A stretch of 64,000 bases of DNA from Verrucomicrobiota bacterium. GTDB lineage: Bacteria; Verrucomicrobiota; Lentisphaeria; Lentisphaerales; Lentisphaeraceae. The notes under the pieces are model-generated. The model was not told the origin of the DNA, searched no databases, and saw only the letters and a list, made by a program, of their open reading frames with translations. A program made the position numbers and the translations under genes. How positions within the stretch are numbered: position 1 is the first letter of the stretch; every line of letters starts with the position of its first letter. The DNA is taken from the NCBI GenBank assembly GCA_039798785.1, contig JBDKFG010000016.1, positions 1 through 64,000 of the forward strand, in the 5' to 3' direction. Of this stretch, positions 58,061 to 64,000 are shown in pieces.

Positions 58061-59896
58061 ATGCTTGACCTCCACACCCTTTCTGACCTGTCCCGGCTAC
58101 GCGAGAGCGTCGACCTGGAGTGCAAGCTTGCGGCTGGACGGGATGGGCAAGGAGCGGTGCCGGAGGATTTTTGGCCGAGCTACAGCGCCTTCGCCAACAC
58201 CCAGGGCGGCGTGGTTTTGCTCGGGCTGCGGGAGAAGAAGGGCGTCTTCAGCGTCGAGGGCATCGCCAATCCCGCCAAGGTGCGCAAGGAGCTCTTCGAC
58301 ACGGCGAACAGCCGCCAGAAGGTGAACTGCAACCTGCTCAGCGACGCCTCGGTGCAGGAGATCATCATCGAGGGCAAGACTTTGCTGCGGATTGAGATTC
58401 CCCGCGCCCACCGCAAACAGAAGCCGGTTTTCCTCGGCACCAATCCCTTTGGCCACAGCTACCGCCGCCTCAATTGCGGCGACCGCGTTCTGGCCGACGA
58501 GGAAGTCCGGCGGATGATCGCCGAGCAGGTCAGCGAATCGCGGGATACGCAAATCCTTCCCTGCCACGGGATGAGCTCCTTGGATCTGGGCAGCCTGCAC
58601 GCCTATCGCAACCACTTCGCCAGCCATCGCCTCGGGCATCCTTGGATTGACCTCGACGACCGTGAGTTCCTCCGGCAGATCGGCGGTTGGCGGGCCGACC
58701 CCGTCCGGCAGGAAGAGGGTTTGACTCTTGCCGGCTTGCTGATGTTCGGCCGCTCGACCGAGATCGAAGGCGTCTTCCCCTCCTACTTCCTCGACTACCA
58801 GGAGCTGCCTTCCGACACCCGCGAGACCCGCTGGCTCGACCGCGTCGTGCCCGACGGCACCTGGTCCGGCAATCTCTTCGACTTCTTCCGCAAGGTCCAC
58901 CTCAAGCTGACGGCGGACCTCAAGGTGCCCTTCGTGTTGAAAGGGGAAATCCGGCAGGATGAGACCCCGACCCATCAGGCCCTGCGCGAGGCCCTGATCA
59001 ACGCCTTGGTGCATGCCGACTACAGCGACCGCGCCTCGGTCAAGATCGTCAAGAATCCCGCCGGCTTCAGCTTCCGCAATCCCGGCTTGATGCGAGTTCC
59101 TCCGGATCAGGCGCTGCATGGCGGCGAGAGCGACTGCCGCAACGCCACCCTGCACAAGATGTTCCTCCTCATCGGCCTAGGCGAGCGCGCCGGCTCCGGC
59201 CTGCCGAAGATCCGCCACGGATGGCGCGGCCCCATCAGCCTCAGCGACAGCATGGACCCCTACAACCAGAGCATCCTGCGCCTGAGCCCGGAAGTCGAGG
59301 CACAAGTCAGTGACCAAGTCAGTGACCAAGTCACCGCACAAGTCGAGACTCCAGGGGCCCTGTCAGGGGGTAGTGAGCAAGTCGCCGGGGAAGTCGCCCC
59401 TCAAGTCACCCCTCAAGTCAACCCTCAAGTCACCCCTCAAGTCGAGGCACAAGTCGATTCTTCAAGGCTAGAGTCAGTGCTTCGAGCAGGGGTTACGGCA
59501 CCAGTCACGGCACCAGTCACGGCACCAGTCGAGACTCCAGGGGCCCAGTCAGGGGCCCAAGTCGAGTCACGGCTAGAGTCACGGCTAGAGTCACGGCTAG
59601 AGTCACGGCTAGAGTCACGGCTAGAGTCACGGCTAGAGTCACGGCTAGAGTCACGGCTAGAGTCACGGTTAGCAGCTTTAATCGTTATGCTGCTCATCAA
59701 TGAAGAGTCCGGCAAGATTGGAATGGCTAAGTATCTGGGACATAAAACGGTTTCAGGGGAATTGCACAAACAGATCCAACGCCTCCTCGCCGCCGGCCTG
59801 ATCGAGATGACCATCCCCGACAAGCCGAACAGCCGTTTACAGAAGTACCGCCTCACTGCCAAGGGGCGCCAATTCCTTTCCGGAGATCCCTCATGA
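58061..59896 (+). CDS. AlbA_2 (Schlafen-like) + HATPase_c_4 + repeat linker + C-terminal winged HTH protein
   Basis: [60 protein letters not shown]. Confidence 0.85.
   Translation: MLDLHTLSDLSRLRESVDLECKLAAGRDGQGAVPEDFWPSYSAFANTQGGVVLLGLREKKGVFSVEGIANPAKVRKELFDTANSRQKVNCNLLSDASVQEIIIEGKTLLRIEIPRAHRKQKPVFLGTNPFGHSYRRLNCGDRVLADEEVRRMIAEQVSESRDTQILPCHGMSSLDLGSLHAYRNHFASHRLGHPWIDLDDREFLRQIGGWRADPVRQEEGLTLAGLLMFGRSTEIEGVFPSYFLDYQELPSDTRETRWLDRVVPDGTWSGNLFDFFRKVHLKLTADLKVPFVLKGEIRQDETPTHQALREALINALVHADYSDRASVKIVKNPAGFSFRNPGLMRVPPDQALHGGESDCRNATLHKMFLLIGLGERAGSGLPKIRHGWRGPISLSDSMDPYNQSILRLSPEVEAQVSDQVSDQVTAQVETPGALSGGSEQVAGEVAPQVTPQVNPQVTPQVEAQVDSSRLESVLRAGVTAPVTAPVTAPVETPGAQSGAQVESRLESRLESRLESRLESRLESRLESRLESRLESRLAALIVMLLINEESGKIGMAKYLGHKTVSGELHKQIQRLLAAGLIEMTIPDKPNSRLQKYRLTAKGRQFLSGDPS
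59291..59671 (+). repeat. composite 12-bp-period repeat array ending in (GAGTCACGGCTA)x9
   Basis: Blocks CAAGTCAGTGAC, CAAGTCACCCCT, GCACCAGTCACG, CAGGGGCCCAGT-like, then GAGTCACGGCTA at 59564-59671 (last copy GGTTA). Confidence 0.92.
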
Positions 59897-62800
59897 GCCT
59901 CAGCGAAGCCGACTTGGAAGAGATCGCCCTCAACTGGTTCCGCGAGCTGGGCTACCAGGTGCTCGGCGCGGAGGAGATGATCCCTTCGCCCGGGGGCGAG
60001 CGGGCCAGCCCGGGCGACGTGGTCCTGGTCGGGCGTCTGCGCGCTGCGCTGGCCCGGCTGAACCCGGGCATGCCCGAGAGCGCCCGCGAGGAGGCCTTGA
60101 GGAAGGTGCTCTTCCCCGAGACCTCGTCGCTGATCGCCAACAACCGGCGCTTCCACAAGTTCCTCTGCGAAGGAGTCGACGTGGAGTATCAGCGGGCCGA
60201 CGGCAGCACCAAGGGCGACAAGGCCTTGCTGATCGATGTTGCGGAACCCGCGAACAACGACTTCCTCGCGGTCAACCAGTTCACCGTGGTCGAGGGCCAG
60301 CACAAGCGCCGGCCCGACATCGTCGTCTTCGTCAACGGCCTGCCGCTGGGTTTGATCGAGCTGAAAAACGCGGTGGACGAGAACACCACTATTTGGGACG
60401 CCTACAAGCAGGTGCAGACCTACAAGCAGGAGCTGCCCGGGTTGCTCGGCTACAACGAAGTGCTGGTTCTCTCCGACGGCTTCCAGGCGCGGATCGGCTC
60501 GCTCACCGCCAATCAGGAGTGGTTCAAGGTGTGGCGGACCATCGAGGGCGACAAGGAAGCGCCGAAGACCGCTCTGGAAGCTGAGATCCTGATCCGCGGC
60601 GTCTTCGACAAGAGCCGCTTCGTCGAGCTGGTGCGGCATTTCGTCACCTTCGAGGAAGACCCCGACAGCGGCCGGGTGCACAAGATCATCGCCGCCTACC
60701 ACCAGTTCCACGCGGTGAAGGCCGCGGTGAGCGAGACGGTGCGGGCCAGCGGTTTGGCCAAGCTCTGGGACAAAAGCGAGGTGGCGGAAGTGGCCGGCAC
60801 CGCCTGGGCGGGACGGATGAACAGCGGCAAGGACGGCGACCGCCGCGCCGGCGTCGTCTGGCACACCCAGGGCAGCGGCAAGAGCTTCTCGATGCTGTTC
60901 TATGCCGCCCGGGTGATCGCCCAGCCCGAGATGCGCAACCCGACGGTGGTGGTGCTGACCGACCGCAACGACCTCGACGACCAGCTCTTCGGCCAGTTCC
61001 TCCGCTGTCACGAGATCCTGCGGCAGAAACCGCAGCAGGCCGACGACCGCAACCACCTGCGCGAGCTGCTCCAGGTGGCCAGCGGCGGCGTCATCTTCTC
61101 CACCATGCAGAAGTTCCGCCCCGAGAAGGGCGAGAGAATGCCCTGTCTTTCCGAGCGCAGCAACATCGTGGTCATCGCCGACGAAGCCCACCGCAGCCAG
61201 TACGACCTGATCGACGGCCTCGCCCGCAACCTGCGCGATGCTTTGCCGCAGGCCAGCTTCATCGGCTTCACCGGCACCCCGATCGAGAGCAGCGACGCCA
61301 ACACCCGCGCCATCTTCGGCGACTACATCAGCATCTACGACATCCAGCGCGCGGTGAGCGACGGCGCCACCGTGCCGATCTACTACGAGAGCCGCATCGC
61401 CAAGCTGGCCCTGAACCAGGCCGAGCTGCCCAAGATCGACGAGGAGTTCGACGAGATCACCGAGGGCGAAGAAGAGACCGAGAAGCAGAAGCTCAAGAGC
61501 AAGTGGGCCGCCATCGAGGCCCTGGTCGGCTCGCCCAAGCGTCTCGACCTGATCGCCGCCGACCTGATCGCCCACTACGAGAAGCGCAGCGAGGCGGTCG
61601 AGGGCAAGGCGATGGTGGTGTGCATGAGCCGCACCATCTGCGTCGAACTCTACGAGGCGCTCATCCGCCTGCGTCCCGAGTGGGCCAGCGCCAAGGACGA
61701 CAATCTCGAAGAGGAGCGCGGCAAGGATTGCGTCGTCAAGATCGTGATGACCGGCAGCGCCGACGACGGCCCCGAGTGGCAGGCGCACATCCGCAACAAG
61801 CAGCGCCGCCGCGAGCTCGCCAGCCGCTTCAAAGACAGCAAGGACCCCTTCCGCATCGTCCTCGTCCGCGACATGTGGCTGACCGGTTTCGACGCCCCCT
61901 GCCTCTCCACCATGTACGCCGACAAGCCGATGCGCGGCCACGGTCTGATGCAGGCCATCGCCCGGGTCAACCGCGTTTTCCGCGACAAACCCGGCGGCCT
62001 GGTGGTGGACTACCTCGGCCTCGCAGATCAACTCAAGCAGGCCCTCGCCACCTACACCGAGAGCGGCGGCAAGGGCACGCCGCAGATCGACACCGCGCAG
62101 GCCATCGCGGTGATGGAGGAGAAGCACGGCGTGATCTGCGACCTGCTGCACGGCTTCGACTGGAGCGCCTGGGCCGGAGGCAAGCCGGCGCAGCAGCTCG
62201 CCCTGATCCCGCCCGCCCAGGAGCATGTACTCGGGCTGGAGAAGGGCAAGGAGCGCTTCTGCGCCCTGGTCACCGAACTCTCCCGCGCCTTCGCCCTCTG
62301 CGCCGCCAGCGAGGCCGCCGCCGAGATCCGCGACGACCTCGCCTTCTTCCAGGCGGTCAAGGCCCAGCTCGCCAAGACCTCGGTCAGCGAACGCAGTCCC
62401 GACGAACTCAACCGCGCCGTGCGTCAGCTCGTCTCCAGTGCGATCATGGCCGACGAGGGCATCATCGACGTCTTCACCGCCGCCGGACTGAAGAAGCCGG
62501 ATATCAGCATCCTCTCCGACAAGTTCCTCACCGAGGTGCGTGGCCTGAAGCACAAGAACGTCGCCGCCGAGCTCCTCGCCAAGCTGCTCAAGGGCGAAGT
62601 GAAATCCTATTCCCGCCAGAACCTGGTGAAGAGCCAGCAGTTCAGCGACATGCTGCAGAAGACCCTGAACGCCTACCACAACCGCGCCATCGCCACCCAC
62701 GAAGTGCTGGAGGAGCTGATCAAGCTCGCCAAGGAGATCGACGAAGCGACCAAGCGCGGCCAGGAACTCGGCCTCAACTCCGACGAGCTGGCCTTCTACG

Positions 62801-63054
62801 ACGCCCTCGCCGCCAATGAAAGCGCCCTGCAAGCGATGAAGAGCGACGACCTGAAGGTGATCGCCGCCGAACTGGTCACCGCGGTGCGCAAGAACGTCAC
62901 CATCGATTGGGAACGCCGCGAGGGCGCCCGCGCCCAGATCCGCCTCCTGGTGAAGAAGATCCTCAAGCGACACGGCTTCCCGCCCGATTTGGCCGAGGAA
63001 TCGACCAAGCTGGTGCTGCAGCAGGCGGAAGTGCTGTGTGCGGAGTGGGTGTGA
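59893..63054 (+). CDS. hsdR: type I RM restriction subunit
   Basis: [63 protein letters not shown]. Confidence 0.97.
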   Translation: MSLSEADLEEIALNWFRELGYQVLGAEEMIPSPGGERASPGDVVLVGRLRAALARLNPGMPESAREEALRKVLFPETSSLIANNRRFHKFLCEGVDVEYQRADGSTKGDKALLIDVAEPANNDFLAVNQFTVVEGQHKRRPDIVVFVNGLPLGLIELKNAVDENTTIWDAYKQVQTYKQELPGLLGYNEVLVLSDGFQARIGSLTANQEWFKVWRTIEGDKEAPKTALEAEILIRGVFDKSRFVELVRHFVTFEEDPDSGRVHKIIAAYHQFHAVKAAVSETVRASGLAKLWDKSEVAEVAGTAWAGRMNSGKDGDRRAGVVWHTQGSGKSFSMLFYAARVIAQPEMRNPTVVVLTDRNDLDDQLFGQFLRCHEILRQKPQQADDRNHLRELLQVASGGVIFSTMQKFRPEKGERMPCLSERSNIVVIADEAHRSQYDLIDGLARNLRDALPQASFIGFTGTPIESSDANTRAIFGDYISIYDIQRAVSDGATVPIYYESRIAKLALNQAELPKIDEEFDEITEGEEETEKQKLKSKWAAIEALVGSPKRLDLIAADLIAHYEKRSEAVEGKAMVVCMSRTICVELYEALIRLRPEWASAKDDNLEEERGKDCVVKIVMTGSADDGPEWQAHIRNKQRRRELASRFKDSKDPFRIVLVRDMWLTGFDAPCLSTMYADKPMRGHGLMQAIARVNRVFRDKPGGLVVDYLGLADQLKQALATYTESGGKGTPQIDTAQAIAVMEEKHGVICDLLHGFDWSAWAGGKPAQQLALIPPAQEHVLGLEKGKERFCALVTELSRAFALCAASEAAAEIRDDLAFFQAVKAQLAKTSVSERSPDELNRAVRQLVSSAIMADEGIIDVFTAAGLKKPDISILSDKFLTEVRGLKHKNVAAELLAKLLKGEVKSYSRQNLVKSQQFSDMLQKTLNAYHNRAIATHEVLEELIKLAKEIDEATKRGQELGLNSDELAFYDALAANESALQAMKSDDLKVIAAELVTAVRKNVTIDWERREGARAQIRLLVKKILKRHGFPPDLAEESTKLVLQQAEVLCAEWV

Positions 63055-63116
63055 GCGATAGAGAGGAATCGACTTTTTCGATCACAAAATGTTGATAAAT
63101 GTTTACTTTGGCTGGC

Positions 63117-63147
63117 TCCCCTGACGATCTTGCTGGGGGACTTTTTT
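63117..63147 (+). terminator. possible intrinsic terminator
   Basis: TCCCC...GGGGA followed by a T-tract after hsdR. Confidence 0.45.
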
Positions 63148-63196
63148 ATTGTTTCTTATTGACCCATTGACGCGAGAACAATTGTTTCCTCAAGCC

Positions 63197-64000
63197 TCAA
63201 GCCTCTAGCCTCTTGAGGGCAGCCTTCATCGCTGCCTTCATTTTCTCCGGGTCGCTCGCTTTCAGAGCCTTCCTGAGGATCGCCGCCGCCTCTTTGGCCT
63301 TGACTTCGGCGGGTGGTACTATCTCGGCTTCGATGAGATCTTCCGGGCTTCCTTTCTCCATTGGGGCAGGGGCGGCACTAAAGAAGTCCGGCAGCTTCTT
63401 CATGGCTTCGGCCTTGGCCTTGTCGGTGGCGTGATCGGCGTAAAGCGCAGTCATCTTCGGCGAGGCGTGCCCGACAATGCCTTGAACGATGGCCAGCGGG
63501 ATGCCGGCTTCGGCGGCGAGATAGACGAAGGTGTGCCGGAGGGAGTGCAGGTCTTTGAAGACATGGGGGCGGCTGCGGTCTTCGATTCTGCGGCTGCGCT
63601 CAATGCCGAGTGAATCCAGCAAAGCGCCGAAGCTCTTGGAGAGCCGGGTTTCGTCTTTGTCGTACTGGCTCGCCAGCTCCGGGAAAACGGCTTCTCCTCG
63701 TTGGCCTTGCGGCTGCTCTTCGAGAAGGGCGCGAAGCTTGGGCATGACGGGAATTTTGACCGCCTTCCCGGTCTTGCTGGTCTTCTTGTGAATCCAAGCG
63801 ATGGAGCTGCGCAAGTCGACTTCGTCCCAAGTGAGTCGGCAGGCGTCACCGGTGCGCAGTCCGGTGCAAACGGCGAGGGTGACGAGTTGGCGCAGCATGG
63901 GACGCGATTCGGTGGCGTCTAGGATGGTGCGCAGCTCTTCGATGCTGAAGGCTTCGCGTTCTTCGCAATCGTTCGCCTTCTTGGGCAGGTTGAAGGGGTT
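63197..64000 (-). CDS. tyrosine recombinase/integrase, N-terminus outside the window
   Basis: TGLRTGD, KTGK, HSLRH, VGH, ALY catalytic pattern; frame open to 64000. Confidence 0.93.
   Translation of the reverse strand, partial: NPFNLPKKANDCEEREAFSIEELRTILDATESRPMLRQLVTLAVCTGLRTGDACRLTWDEVDLRSSIAWIHKKTSKTGKAVKIPVMPKLRALLEEQPQGQRGEAVFPELASQYDKDETRLSKSFGALLDSLGIERSRRIEDRSRPHVFKDLHSLRHTFVYLAAEAGIPLAIVQGIVGHASPKMTALYADHATDKAKAEAMKKLPDFFSAAPAPMEKGSPEDLIEAEIVPPAEVKAKEAAAILRKALKASDPEKMKAAMKAALKRLEA

Larger units (their letters stand above)
44042..64000. mobile_element. tRNA-integrated element (phage-satellite/IME-like) carrying defence and adhesin cargo; extends beyond the window
   Basis: tRNA 3' fragment at the left end, tyrosine integrase at the right, with xis-like HTHs, helicase, TA and RM genes between. 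Confidence 0.85.

Noticed and set aside
59564..59671. Possible CRISPR array
   Set aside because: Contiguous 12-bp units without spacers, in frame inside a CDS; no cas genes.
59437..62973. 1178-aa minus-strand ORF, and similar long antisense ORFs such as 12423-15215, 52821-54821 and 9703-11583
   Set aside because: Shadow frames opposite well-supported high-GC genes; no recognisable motifs.
44042..64000. Complete prophage or ICE
   Set aside because: No structural, terminase, lysis, relaxase or T4SS genes between the att site and the integrase.

Overview
GC-rich bacterial chromosome segment, probably from the PVC superphylum and Lentisphaerota-like (inferred from prepilin/H-X9-DG proteins, a NPCBM/toroid surface protein and a C39-like protein). 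Bases 1-43.9 kb are host chromosome. They carry pyrG, trmO, a 10 kb cation-homeostasis cluster (2 NhaD-like, 2 Ca/Na exchangers, a CPA antiporter, an ArsB/SLC13-like permease with an apparent ribosomal uL1-domain-II-like insertion, a PTS-EIIA/CBS protein) with two copies of an nhaA-I-like riboswitch motif, orphan cheA/cheY, rodA-murD-lysM, a low-GC pseudopilin cluster, tRNA-Lys(TTT), a pentaheme cytochrome/beta-barrel pair and rpsU. From about 44.0 kb to beyond the window end lies an integrative element. It is bounded on the left by the 3' half of a CAT-anticodon tRNA (att site) and has a tyrosine integrase at the right edge. It carries a Doc toxin-antitoxin pair, a repressor/excisionase switch, a Zn-finger plus helicase replicon with a putative origin, an adhesin cargo, and a type I restriction-modification operon. 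Inside that operon, hsdS and an ABC-ATPase/TOPRIM (PARIS/OLD-like) gene are bracketed by inward-facing arrays of 27-nt REP-like hairpins next to a RAYT transposase remnant. The operon also holds an AlbA/HATPase/wHTH gene with a layered 12-bp repeat array just before a low-GC HTH segment. All family assignments come from motif recognition by eye, not from database searches.
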